A stretch of 20,000 nucleotides of DNA, taken from positions 114,281 through 134,280 of the IMG/VR virus record IMGVR_UViG_3300020404_001964. The stretch is one strand, 5' to 3'. Made by a program: the position numbers and the translations under genes. The DNA comes from an uncultured virus (IMG/VR IMGVR_UViG_3300020404_001964) (Duplodnaviria > Heunggongvirae > Uroviricota > Caudoviricetes). This document shows positions 1 through 8,841 of this stretch, piece by piece; positions within the stretch are counted from its first letter, which is position 1, and every line of letters starts with the position of its first letter. The notes beneath the pieces were generated by a model. The model did not search any database and was not told where the DNA came from. It saw only the letters and a program-made list of their open reading frames with translations.

Positions 1-1
1 T

Positions 2-1528
2 CCTAATAGAGTAGCAATAAGATTTAACACTGCTCCAACATCAAACAGTTACATAAACATTGTGGTGTATGCTAGTGCTTCACAATCATTTAGCGAAGTT
101 ACACAAGACATATTCACAGGTGATGGAAGTACAACAACTTATCAAATGAACCAAACTCCGTTCAGTCAAAAACCATTTACTAACAATGTAATTGTAAAAG
201 TTGGTAATGACGTGTTAAGAAGCGGATTCCATAGAAAATTCACAGTTAGCACATTGAGAGAATATGAATTTAAAAATTGGCAAGTGCTTCCAGGATTAAT
301 AAATGCTTCTGATGTAAGAGCATTCTTAAACAAAACAGAATTAACTTCAGCAGAATACAGATGGAATCCAGGAACTTCAAGTGTTACACTTACGTCAGGT
401 GTAGGAGAGATTGGTGATATATTAGATGTGTACATTGAAAATGGAGAATACAGTGTGAGTGATACAGGATTAATTACTTTTACTTCTGCTCCAGCACAAT
501 CAAGCACAATTACTGCTTACCAGTTCAGTAAACATGACGTACAAGACATAGATAGAACACAATATGATGTCGTGGCAAAATTAACTGTTACTGTGAACAC
601 AGATGATTATTTCCAATACAATCAATTGACTAGCGGTGTTGTAAAATTAAACCGTCCGGCAGTTGATGCTCAATATGTTTGGGTATGTTTAAATGGCGAG
701 TGGTTAGCACCTAGCATAGACTACACTGTGTCTAACAATCAAATGTTCTTAAAAATAAGCAGAACACTATCGCAGAATGATGAAATAGATGTAATACACT
801 TTACAGCACCTTCATTCATAGGAAAATTTGCGTACAGACAATTTAAAGATTTGATGAACAGAACACACTTCAAACGTTTAGGTAATGACAGACAATACAC
901 TTTAGCAGAAAATTTAAGTTGGAATGATAAAGAAATTACATTAATTGATGCCACAGGCATCACAGAACCTAGTGTTGCTTCGCAACTTCCAGGTATAGTG
1001 TTTATTGATTCTGAAAGAATTGAATACTACAAAAAAGATGGCAACAAACTTCAACAGTTGAGACGTGGAACATTTGGTACTGGTATAGCAGAAATACATC
1101 ATGCCAACACAGATGTTCACGATCAGAGTGCGTTCCAAAATGTACCATACAAAGATAATTTCATATCTGAAACGTATACAGGTGCTGATGTGGTAAACAA
1201 TACATTAAACATTGGCTTTACACCTAAAACAGCAAATGAATTTGAATTATTTGTAGGTGGCAAAAGATTGAGAAAAAATAGTATTAGTGTGTATGATCCT
1301 GCACTAGGACAAGATAGTCCTGAAGCAGATAGCACTGTGCCTGCTGAATTCAGTGTTACAGGCACAACTGCGGTGATAACATTTACTAACACACCAGCCG
1401 AAAATGCCCAAATTTTGCTGGTTAGAAAACAAGGTAAAATATGGCAAACAGGAACAGATCCACTGAGTCAGACAGAAAATGACATCGCAAGATTCATACG
1501 TCAAAAAGAAGTGGCTGTGCCGCAATAA
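2..1528 (+). CDS. Large virion structural protein with repeated beta-rich modules, C-terminal part (5'-truncated by the window)
   Basis: The frame is open from base 2 (PNRVAIRFNTAPTSNSYINIVVY...), so GTG at 62 is not the true start. Recurring modules IRFNTAP, ITFTSAPAQSSTI and ITFTNTPAENAQI, plus FTGDGSTTTY and IDSERIEY...LRRGTFGT, resemble large-phage baseplate/tail proteins. Confidence 0.65.
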   Translation, partial: PNRVAIRFNTAPTSNSYINIVVYASASQSFSEVTQDIFTGDGSTTTYQMNQTPFSQKPFTNNVIVKVGNDVLRSGFHRKFTVSTLREYEFKNWQVLPGLINASDVRAFLNKTELTSAEYRWNPGTSSVTLTSGVGEIGDILDVYIENGEYSVSDTGLITFTSAPAQSSTITAYQFSKHDVQDIDRTQYDVVAKLTVTVNTDDYFQYNQLTSGVVKLNRPAVDAQYVWVCLNGEWLAPSIDYTVSNNQMFLKISRTLSQNDEIDVIHFTAPSFIGKFAYRQFKDLMNRTHFKRLGNDRQYTLAENLSWNDKEITLIDATGITEPSVASQLPGIVFIDSERIEYYKKDGNKLQQLRRGTFGTGIAEIHHANTDVHDQSAFQNVPYKDNFISETYTGADVVNNTLNIGFTPKTANEFELFVGGKRLRKNSISVYDPALGQDSPEADSTVPAEFSVTGTTAVITFTNTPAENAQILLVRKQGKIWQTGTDPLSQTENDIARFIRQKEVAVPQ

Positions 1529-1531
1529 ATA
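1525..1531 (+). promoter_or_regulatory. Putative T4-like late promoter (ATAAATA)
   Basis: ATAAATA lies 21 nt upstream of ATG 1553, with GGAG at 1544-1547. The same heptamer sits at the same spacing before 6429 and 7923. The T4 late consensus is TATAAATA. Confidence 0.55.
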
Positions 1532-1552
1532 CAATGGTAGAACGGAGCAAAA

Positions 1553-2164
1553 ATGAGCAAAATTAAAGAGAATAGTGGTGTATTGATACAAGGACATATT
1601 AAAATCCACGATCCAGAATCAGACAAGGTTTTTGTTGATAAACGCAACGCAATTCATTATGAAAATATGAGTGTTGCTTTAGCAGAAAGTGTTGCCAATC
1701 AAGGTCAAGGTTTCATAAATTCAATGTCTTTTGGTAATGGTGGAACAAGCGTTGACCCAACAGGAATTATTACATACCTTACTCCAAACAGTACAGGTAC
1801 AAATGCTACACTTTACAATCAAACTTACACAAAAATTGTTGATGATAGATCAGTATCAAACCTAGATCCACAAAGAAACAAAATAGAAACAAGACACATT
1901 AACGGAACAAACTATACAGATGTTGTTGTTACTTGTCTTTTAGATTATGGTGAACCAAATGGACAGGACGCTGTTGATGGCGCAAGTGCATCAGACAGTC
2001 TTTATGTATTTGATGAATTAGGATTAGTGAGTTATGCACCATCAGGCGCAGGCAAACTTTTAACACACGTAATTTTCCATCCTGTACAAAAAAGTTTAAA
2101 CAGATTAATACAGATTGATTACACAGTCAGAGTTCAAAGTTTGACAGGTTTTAACGAAGGGTAA
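1553..2164 (+). CDS. Phage protein, probably baseplate/tail-associated structural protein (203 aa)
   Basis: Clean ORF with a GGAG Shine-Dalgarno. It lies between structural genes and behind a late-promoter-like motif. No catalytic motif was recognised. Confidence 0.55.
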   Translation: MSKIKENSGVLIQGHIKIHDPESDKVFVDKRNAIHYENMSVALAESVANQGQGFINSMSFGNGGTSVDPTGIITYLTPNSTGTNATLYNQTYTKIVDDRSVSNLDPQRNKIETRHINGTNYTDVVVTCLLDYGEPNGQDAVDGASASDSLYVFDELGLVSYAPSGAGKLLTHVIFHPVQKSLNRLIQIDYTVRVQSLTGFNEG

Positions 2165-2167
2165 TAA

Positions 2168-4192
2168 ATGGCATACATTATAAGTTTTACGGATGCTGTA
2201 AACAAAGGCACTATTACGATAGAAGACAACACGGTTAACAACGAAACCAGTGTTAATTTTCCAGGTAAAAATACAACGTCATATGGAACAGTAATATCTG
2301 AAAACTTTTTACATTTATTAGAAAATTTTGCTAACAGTTCAGCACCACTGAGACCGATTGAAGGTCAACTTTGGTTTGATACTTCTGCTGGAGTTAATCA
2401 ACTAAAAGTTTATGATGGAGCAAACTGGGTAGCGTCAGGTGGATTGAAAAAAGCAATTAACCAACCAAGTGCGTCTGAAAGTATTTCAGGTGACTTATGG
2501 GTAGACACAAATGCTCAACAATTATATTTGTTCACAGGTTCAGGTTGGGTACTAATTGGTCCACAATACAGTCAAGGTTTAAAAACTGGAGCAACTCCAG
2601 AAACTATTATCGGCACAGACGATTTATCATACAGCATTGTAAAATTAGAAGTTGAAGCACAAACAGTTGCCATTATTTCAAAAAATTCATTCACACCTAA
2701 AATTACTATTCCAGGATTTTCAGCATTAAATCCAGGAGTAAATTTAAGTTCAACAAATTTTGGTTCTGATGTAAACAAACTTTATGGAACATCTGAAAAA
2801 GCAGAATCATTAGTTGTTGGTAACACAACAGTTGCCGCAGGAAACTTTTTAAGATCAGACACAACATCATTAACGGATTTTCCAATTAAAGTTAAAACAG
2901 ATGATGGTATAGAAGTAGGTGCCGCTGGAACATTTAAAATGTTTGTGGAAAATCAAGCAGGTATAATTCAATTAGGAACACAAGATGAAGAAATAGATTT
3001 TAGATTGAACAGTGGTGGTTCAGTATCAACTGTGATGAGAATAAGTTCACAACAGCAAGTTGGTATTAATAAAACAAATCCAAATGAAGCATTAGACGTA
3101 ACAGGAAATATTTTATCATCTGGATCAATCACAAGTAACAGCACAGCACCTTCAACTAATATTGGATCAGGCGCTTTAGTATCCAAAGGTGGATTAGGTG
3201 TTGCTCAAGATGTAAATGTTGGTGGAGCAGGTACGTTTGCTGGCAACATAACAGCACAATCAATTTTGCCAACACAAGATATTACTTTTGACATTGGTTC
3301 TAATACAAAAAGATACAACACTGTATACGCAAATAATTTAAACGCAGGAACTATTGTAGGAAATGTTACAGGTACTGCTAGTAGTACTGATGAAGCAAAC
3401 AAATTATCTTCTGCTTCTACATTTAGAATGACCGGTGATGTTACAGCAACTGATGTATCTTTCCAAGGAGACGAAGGAACACCAAGAACATTTAACACAA
3501 CAATAAGCAATTCGTTTATTGGCAATCAAACACTTACAACAACAAGTCAAGTGAGTGATGAAATTATTTTAAACAGAACAACAGGCACTACTGGAATATT
3601 TAAAACAACAGTTGGCACAATTACAGGTGCTATACCAACTCCACCTGTTGCGTCAATAATGGCTTTTGCTGGAGCAACTGCTCCAACAGATTGGTTATTC
3701 TGTGATGGTGCTGAAGTCCAGAGATCAGTGTACAATCAATTGTTTCAAGCAATAGGAACGCAATATGGAACACCAAGCAGTTCTTCAGTATTTAAATTAC
3801 CAGACTTACGAGGTAGATTTGCTTTAGGTAAAGATAACATGAGCAATCCAGGTTTAGGACAAGGTTCAGCAGACAGAGTGACTTCTCCAGTAGCAGATGG
3901 TTTAGGTTTAGGTGCTGGTGACGAGAAGAAAATAATAGCAAAAGAAAATTTACCAGATCACGAACACGATTTAAGAGCAAACAATGGAGATCAATTCTTT
4001 GCTTCAAGAAATATAGCAGGTGCTTCTACAGATCCAGAAGTAACTACAACAAGTGGTCCAGATTTATCTAACAGTGCTGGTGCTCAACAATTACCTAACT
4101 CAGGTGGAATTGATGGCACAATAGGACAAGCAATGGATGTAATGAATCCATACCTAACATTAAATCACATAATTTATACTGGAGGAGCATAA
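2168..4192 (+). CDS. Tail fibre/baseplate protein with C-terminal phage tail collar domain (674 aa)
   Basis: The N-terminal module ENFLHLLENFA...P..GQLWFD is shared with the next two genes. A tail-collar signature PPVASIMAFAGATAPTDWLFCDG...YNQLFQAIGTQYG...FKLPDLRGRF lies at about 3641-3820. A tip-like ENLPDHEH...MNPYLTLNHII ends the protein. Confidence 0.8.
   Translation: MAYIISFTDAVNKGTITIEDNTVNNETSVNFPGKNTTSYGTVISENFLHLLENFANSSAPLRPIEGQLWFDTSAGVNQLKVYDGANWVASGGLKKAINQPSASESISGDLWVDTNAQQLYLFTGSGWVLIGPQYSQGLKTGATPETIIGTDDLSYSIVKLEVEAQTVAIISKNSFTPKITIPGFSALNPGVNLSSTNFGSDVNKLYGTSEKAESLVVGNTTVAAGNFLRSDTTSLTDFPIKVKTDDGIEVGAAGTFKMFVENQAGIIQLGTQDEEIDFRLNSGGSVSTVMRISSQQQVGINKTNPNEALDVTGNILSSGSITSNSTAPSTNIGSGALVSKGGLGVAQDVNVGGAGTFAGNITAQSILPTQDITFDIGSNTKRYNTVYANNLNAGTIVGNVTGTASSTDEANKLSSASTFRMTGDVTATDVSFQGDEGTPRTFNTTISNSFIGNQTLTTTSQVSDEIILNRTTGTTGIFKTTVGTITGAIPTPPVASIMAFAGATAPTDWLFCDGAEVQRSVYNQLFQAIGTQYGTPSSSSVFKLPDLRGRFALGKDNMSNPGLGQGSADRVTSPVADGLGLGAGDEKKIIAKENLPDHEHDLRANNGDQFFASRNIAGASTDPEVTTTSGPDLSNSAGAQQLPNSGGIDGTIGQAMDVMNPYLTLNHIIYTGGA
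2315..2335 (+). repeat. 21-nt direct repeat TTATTAGAAAATTTTGCTAAC, copy 1 (copy 2 at 4336-4356; 18-nt core at 6571-6588)
   Basis: Exact match read directly from the sequence. It encodes LLENFA in the three paralogous fibre genes. Confidence 0.85.
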
Positions 4193-6399
4193 TGAGTTAT
4201 AGATTGAATAAAACTGATGGCAGTTTACTTGTAGATCTAGTTGATGGTCAATTAGACACAACTTCCAGTGACTTAACATTAATAGGCAGAAACTATTCTG
4301 GCTTTGGTGAAGTATTAAATGAAAACTTCATTCAATTATTAGAAAATTTTGCTAACGCATCTGCTCCTATAAATCCAATTAGAGGACAACTTTGGTTTGA
4401 CACAGCAGAAAATAGATTAAAAGTTTACAACGGTTCAGCATTTACTTCATCTGGTGGAACAACAGTTGCTGAAAATCAACCAAACATGGTTGCAGGCGAT
4501 CTTTGGATTGACAGCACAAAAAGTCAATTATATTTCTTTGATGGCGTAAGATTACAATTAGTTGGTCCTGAATATTCAACAGCACAAGGCACATCAGGTC
4601 ACCAAGTAGCAAGTGTATTAGACACACAAAATATTACACAAACAGTTGTGAAAATGTTTGTAGGTGGAAATCTTGTTGGAGTACACTCAAATGCAACATT
4701 TACTCCAGTTTCAACTGCTAGAATTCAAGAATTAGTTACTACTGCTAATCCAACAGGAAGTTTAGTAAAAGGTTTCAATGCAGTTGGCACAGATTACAAA
4801 TATGCTGGAACTTCAACTATTGCTGAATCTTTAATAGATGGTAATGGTGTTGTGAGAACAGCAGACCAATATCTTGTAGCAGACAGCGATGATTTAACAA
4901 CAGGTGCATTAACAATACAAAATAATGCTGGTTTGACGATTGGATTAAATCAAAATACAAAATTACAATTTAGCAATAATGCTTTCCAAATAGCGAATCA
5001 ATTATCAAATCAAGATGTTGAAATTACAGTAAGAACACCTGCTGAAGTTTCAGCATTCAAAATTGACACTTCTACATCATCAGTTGGAATTTACAAAGCG
5101 ATTCCAACAGCAACACTCGATGTTGGTGGAAATGTAAACATCGATGGAGATTTAACTGTTGGCGGAACAACTACATCTGTTGATACAGTAAATCTTAGAG
5201 TAGAAGATAAAAACATTGAACTTAATATTACAGGAGCAGGCGTAACAACAAATGATGCTGGAGCAGATGGTGGTGGTATAACTTTAAAATCTGCTGACGG
5301 TGATAAAACATTTGCTTGGTCAAATGGTACAGATGCTTGGACTAGTTCTGAATATATAGATTTTGCTGTAGGTAGAGGTATAAAAATTAATACAAATACA
5401 GTGTTACTTGAAGACACACTAGGCGGTTCAGTTGTTAATTCATCATTAACATCAGTAGGTACATTGGCAAATTTAGATGTAGATGATGTAAACATAAATG
5501 GTTCTACTATTACAAGTCAAAATGCTCAGTCATTAAAATTAAGTTCAGACACAGCCGCAATTGAAGTTTTAAGTAACAAAAGAATTACAGGAGTTGGCAC
5601 ACCAATCAATGCTTCAGATGTTGCTACAAAAGAATATGCAGATGGTTCTACAATTATTAGTTTACAATTAGATGTTTCTGGATTTACACAAAACTCTGTA
5701 GGAAACAATTATCTGAACGTGAGAGAAGTTTTAGAAACTCTTTATCCTGTTGCAGGATATGGTAGCGGTTCTGCAGAACCACCATTAGGTGTATTTGCTA
5801 ACAGTGTGATTCCAGCAAGAACTGATGGTGCTTTAGCAAGAGTATTAACAGTTGATTACGGTGCTGGTGGAGGTTTTAATATTCCAACTATTGATTTCTC
5901 AGGATTGAAAAACTTTACGCAAGTGGATCAAACAATTACTATTCAATCAAGAACAATAGCAAGTGTAACATTTGGTGCTCAGGATCCTAATTTAGGTACA
6001 ACAACAAAAATTACAACAACTGCTTCACATTTCTATGAAGGTGCTCAAGCAGTTGTAATATCAGGAACAACTGTGGTAAATGGTGTAACAGCAAATATAG
6101 ATGGCAACTACACAATACAGGCGGCAGAATTTCCAGCAGAAACTCCAAACTATGTGAGTTTCACAATTGATTTAGACACATCTGCGGCAGGATGGCAAAG
6201 TGCCACGTGTACAGTTGGTACAGTACAAAGAACTCCAACTGTGGGTGCGGCGAATAAACAAGTGGTTGAAGATGTATCCAATGCTTCAAATGTAACAGGA
6301 ACGATAACATTTGCTCCTACAAGAAAACTATTACAATTTGGTGTCAACGGCGGTAGTTGGACATTTGATAGAGAAATAACACTAACATTAACTTCGTAG
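4192..6399 (+). CDS. Tail fibre/baseplate protein, paralog 2 (735 aa)
   Basis: Same N-terminal module (ENFIQLLENFA...GQLWFD...GDLWID...LVGP). Contains fibre-type segments TVNLRVEDKNIEL...GADGGGITLK, VVNSSLTSVGTL and RITGVGTPINASDVATKEYAD. TAATG overlap with the upstream gene and a GGAGG Shine-Dalgarno. Confidence 0.75.
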   Translation: MSYRLNKTDGSLLVDLVDGQLDTTSSDLTLIGRNYSGFGEVLNENFIQLLENFANASAPINPIRGQLWFDTAENRLKVYNGSAFTSSGGTTVAENQPNMVAGDLWIDSTKSQLYFFDGVRLQLVGPEYSTAQGTSGHQVASVLDTQNITQTVVKMFVGGNLVGVHSNATFTPVSTARIQELVTTANPTGSLVKGFNAVGTDYKYAGTSTIAESLIDGNGVVRTADQYLVADSDDLTTGALTIQNNAGLTIGLNQNTKLQFSNNAFQIANQLSNQDVEITVRTPAEVSAFKIDTSTSSVGIYKAIPTATLDVGGNVNIDGDLTVGGTTTSVDTVNLRVEDKNIELNITGAGVTTNDAGADGGGITLKSADGDKTFAWSNGTDAWTSSEYIDFAVGRGIKINTNTVLLEDTLGGSVVNSSLTSVGTLANLDVDDVNINGSTITSQNAQSLKLSSDTAAIEVLSNKRITGVGTPINASDVATKEYADGSTIISLQLDVSGFTQNSVGNNYLNVREVLETLYPVAGYGSGSAEPPLGVFANSVIPARTDGALARVLTVDYGAGGGFNIPTIDFSGLKNFTQVDQTITIQSRTIASVTFGAQDPNLGTTTKITTTASHFYEGAQAVVISGTTVVNGVTANIDGNYTIQAAEFPAETPNYVSFTIDLDTSAAGWQSATCTVGTVQRTPTVGAANKQVVEDVSNASNVTGTITFAPTRKLLQFGVNGGSWTFDREITLTLTS

Positions 6400-6403
6400 G
6401 ACG

Positions 6404-6410
6404 ATAAATA
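6404..6410 (+). promoter_or_regulatory. Putative T4-like late promoter (ATAAATA)
   Basis: Intergenic ATAAATA, 18 nt upstream of ATG 6429. Confidence 0.55.
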
Positions 6411-6428
6411 TAAGAAACAAAGGGATTT

Positions 6429-7907
6429 ATGGCATATATTGTTAACAAATTTGATGGAACACTGATAGCAACTGTAGAAGACGGTACTATTGATAATACA
6501 ACTAATCTACGTTTTATAGGTAAAAACTATGCTGGTTACGGTGAAATTCAAAACGAAAACTTCTTACACCTATTAGAAAATTTTGCTAGTGGCACACAAC
6601 CAACTCGTCCATTAGGTGGTCAGATATGGTTTGACACAAATTCAAGCAAATTAAAATTTTATGATGGAACAAAATTCAGAACAACAGGCGGTGCTGAAGT
6701 AGGTACTACTGCTCCAGCAGGTTTAACAACTGGTGACTTTTGGTGGGATTCAGCAAACAGTCAATTGTATGCTTGGGACGGCACAAGTTTTATTCTTGTA
6801 GGTCCACAAGGCACAGGAAGTACAGTAACACAATTTGTATCAAGACAAATCAAAGACAGTTTAAATGCCAACCAACAGATCATTGAAGGAAAAGTAAACA
6901 ATGAAACTGTTTTAATTTTTAGTTCAACAGCATTCACAATAGGCACAGCAGATCCTTCAAACACAATTACAGGATTTGATGTTGTTAAAAAAGGTATTAC
7001 ATTAGTCAACACACAATCTACAACAAACGGTGTAACAACAACTGACCACAGATATTGGGGAACAGCATCTAACTCAGATAGATTAGGTGGCTTCCTTGCT
7101 TCTGATTACATCAGATCAGGTTCAAGTGCTTTCTCTAGCATTGTAAGATTTGGAGATGTAGGTTTTACAGTTGGTGATTCAAATGATTTAAAAGTAGCAA
7201 TAGAAAATGGATCTGAAGGAATAATTGCCAATGAAATTGGAAACAAAATTACTTTAAAAGTAAATGACACAGGTTCAGTAAATGAGATTGCTTTTGTAAG
7301 TCCAGATGGAATTATACCTGGTACAGGAAATAAAAATTTAGGAATAGTAACAGACAAATGGTATGAAGTACACGCAAACTATTTTAAAGGTTTGGCTGAC
7401 AGTGCTTCAGGTATTGAGTTTGGTGCACAAACTTATTTAGGTGCAACAACAGCCGTAAACAACACAGTGGCATTAAGAGATGGCACAGGAAAAGTTACAG
7501 CAAATACTTTTGACGGTGTGGCAACATCGGCTTCTTATGCTGACTTGGCTGAGATCTACACAACAGATAAAGAATACGAAGTTGGAACAGTAATGGCAAT
7601 TGGCGGTGACGCAGAAACAACAGCATTTTTTGATGGAGGTCCATTTGGTGGAAATGTTTTTGGTGTTATATCAGGCAGTCCAGGATTTTTGATGAACAAA
7701 GATGCTGAAGGACAAGCGATTGCTTTTGTTGGTCGTGTGCCAGTTAAAGTTAAAGGCGCAGTTGAAAAAGGCGAAAAAGTTTATGCGATGGATTATGGTA
7801 TCGCAACTACTACCAAAAAAGGACAATTGGTAGGTTTTGCTTTAGAAACAAATGCAGATGAATCCACAAAATTAGTAGAGGTAGCACTAAGGTTAATAAA
7901 TAATTAG
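6429..7907 (+). CDS. Tail fibre/baseplate protein, paralog 3, with C-terminal peptidase G2-like autocleaving chaperone domain (492 aa)
   Basis: Shared N-terminal module. The C-terminus SASYADLAEIY...YEVGTVMAIGG...GVIS..PGFLMN...IAFVGRVPVKVKG.V.KG...VGFALE resembles intramolecular chaperone domains of the ADYAE type. Confidence 0.75.
   Translation: MAYIVNKFDGTLIATVEDGTIDNTTNLRFIGKNYAGYGEIQNENFLHLLENFASGTQPTRPLGGQIWFDTNSSKLKFYDGTKFRTTGGAEVGTTAPAGLTTGDFWWDSANSQLYAWDGTSFILVGPQGTGSTVTQFVSRQIKDSLNANQQIIEGKVNNETVLIFSSTAFTIGTADPSNTITGFDVVKKGITLVNTQSTTNGVTTTDHRYWGTASNSDRLGGFLASDYIRSGSSAFSSIVRFGDVGFTVGDSNDLKVAIENGSEGIIANEIGNKITLKVNDTGSVNEIAFVSPDGIIPGTGNKNLGIVTDKWYEVHANYFKGLADSASGIEFGAQTYLGATTAVNNTVALRDGTGKVTANTFDGVATSASYADLAEIYTTDKEYEVGTVMAIGGDAETTAFFDGGPFGGNVFGVISGSPGFLMNKDAEGQAIAFVGRVPVKVKGAVEKGEKVYAMDYGIATTTKKGQLVGFALETNADESTKLVEVALRLINN
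7896..7902 (+). promoter_or_regulatory. Putative T4-like late promoter (ATAAATA)
   Basis: ATAAATA lies 20 nt upstream of ATG 7923, within the last codons of the upstream gene. Confidence 0.5.
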
Positions 7908-7922
7908 TAGGAATAGAATACA

Positions 7923-8792
7923 ATGGCTTTAGTAACCGCAAACAGATTTAATACTCTTAGACAGCAAATAGATAATGTGTTAGGAAATGGTTCAGGTGAT
8001 ACTGGATATGGACAAACACTTATTACACAATCAGTTCAGGTAGGTGATTTAATCAATGCTACCAACATCAACAACGCATACGAAGATTTAAGAAAAGCAT
8101 ACAAACATCAAACAGGTGGAGATCCAGCGTCTAACTTAATTCAAATTGTTTCTCAAGGAGATTTGATTAAAGAAAATGATGGTGTTAATTACACAGGTTG
8201 GGATCAATACGAAGCATTGGCAACAACAGTTGGAACAAATAGATTAACAGTTGACTCTACACAACAATCAGTTGTACTTGCTAGTAGCAATCAAAGAGGT
8301 TCGTGGAATGGTACAATTACATTGAGAATCGAAGTTAACTTTACATCTGAAGATGCTAGAAGACATTATTTCAACGCAGGCGGTTATATTCAAATTTCAT
8401 CGAGTACAACAGACAGCAGTTCAAAAGGAAATTCCTGGAACAATGTAATGGGCGGAAATTTAAAATTTGGTGCTCACGGAACTACTCACACAGGAAACGG
8501 ATCAGTAACAGGATCTGGAATAGGAAACTACGAACTAGACGGAACTTCTCAGAGACTATTATCAAACTTTGATGCAGGTGGTGGAGCATATTCTGCCAAC
8601 GATTACTATGTGGATGTACAGCGAACAAGTGCCACACAAATTAGATTCACAATGAACTGGAGAGACCAAGCAGGCGGTAATCCAGATGAAAACATTTCGA
8701 ATTTAAGAAGTTACATTTACACAGCAACAGCAATCACAGATGTAATTGGTACTGCACCAGGTGTTGTACGTGGTTCTGGCGATAATTTCTAA
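7923..8792 (+). CDS. Putative virion structural protein (289 aa)
   Basis: Gly/Ser/Thr/Asn-rich, like the neighbouring fibre proteins, and last gene of the structural block. Contains the segments GDTGYGQ and ARRHYFNAGG. No enzyme motif was seen. Confidence 0.55.
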   Translation: MALVTANRFNTLRQQIDNVLGNGSGDTGYGQTLITQSVQVGDLINATNINNAYEDLRKAYKHQTGGDPASNLIQIVSQGDLIKENDGVNYTGWDQYEALATTVGTNRLTVDSTQQSVVLASSNQRGSWNGTITLRIEVNFTSEDARRHYFNAGGYIQISSSTTDSSSKGNSWNNVMGGNLKFGAHGTTHTGNGSVTGSGIGNYELDGTSQRLLSNFDAGGGAYSANDYYVDVQRTSATQIRFTMNWRDQAGGNPDENISNLRSYIYTATAITDVIGTAPGVVRGSGDNF

Positions 8793-8800
8793 TCTATAAT

Positions 8801-8829
8801 TTGACTTATATCCAAAAATCAAGTATAAT
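8801..8829 (+). promoter_or_regulatory. Sigma70-type promoter TTGACT-N17-TATAAT
   Basis: -35 TTGACT at 8801-8806 (5/6 consensus), a spacer of exactly 17 nt, and a perfect -10 TATAAT at 8824-8829. It sits in the largest intergenic gap of the window, directly ahead of the enzyme cluster. Confidence 0.8.
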
Positions 8830-8841
8830 ATTCTTAATATT

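Noticed and set aside
62..64. GTG at 62 as the start of the first gene
   Set aside because: The frame is open upstream to base 2 and there is no Shine-Dalgarno, so the gene starts before the window.
8795..8800. Second TATAAT upstream of the main promoter
   Set aside because: There is no -35-like hexamer 16-18 nt upstream and no extended -10 TG.
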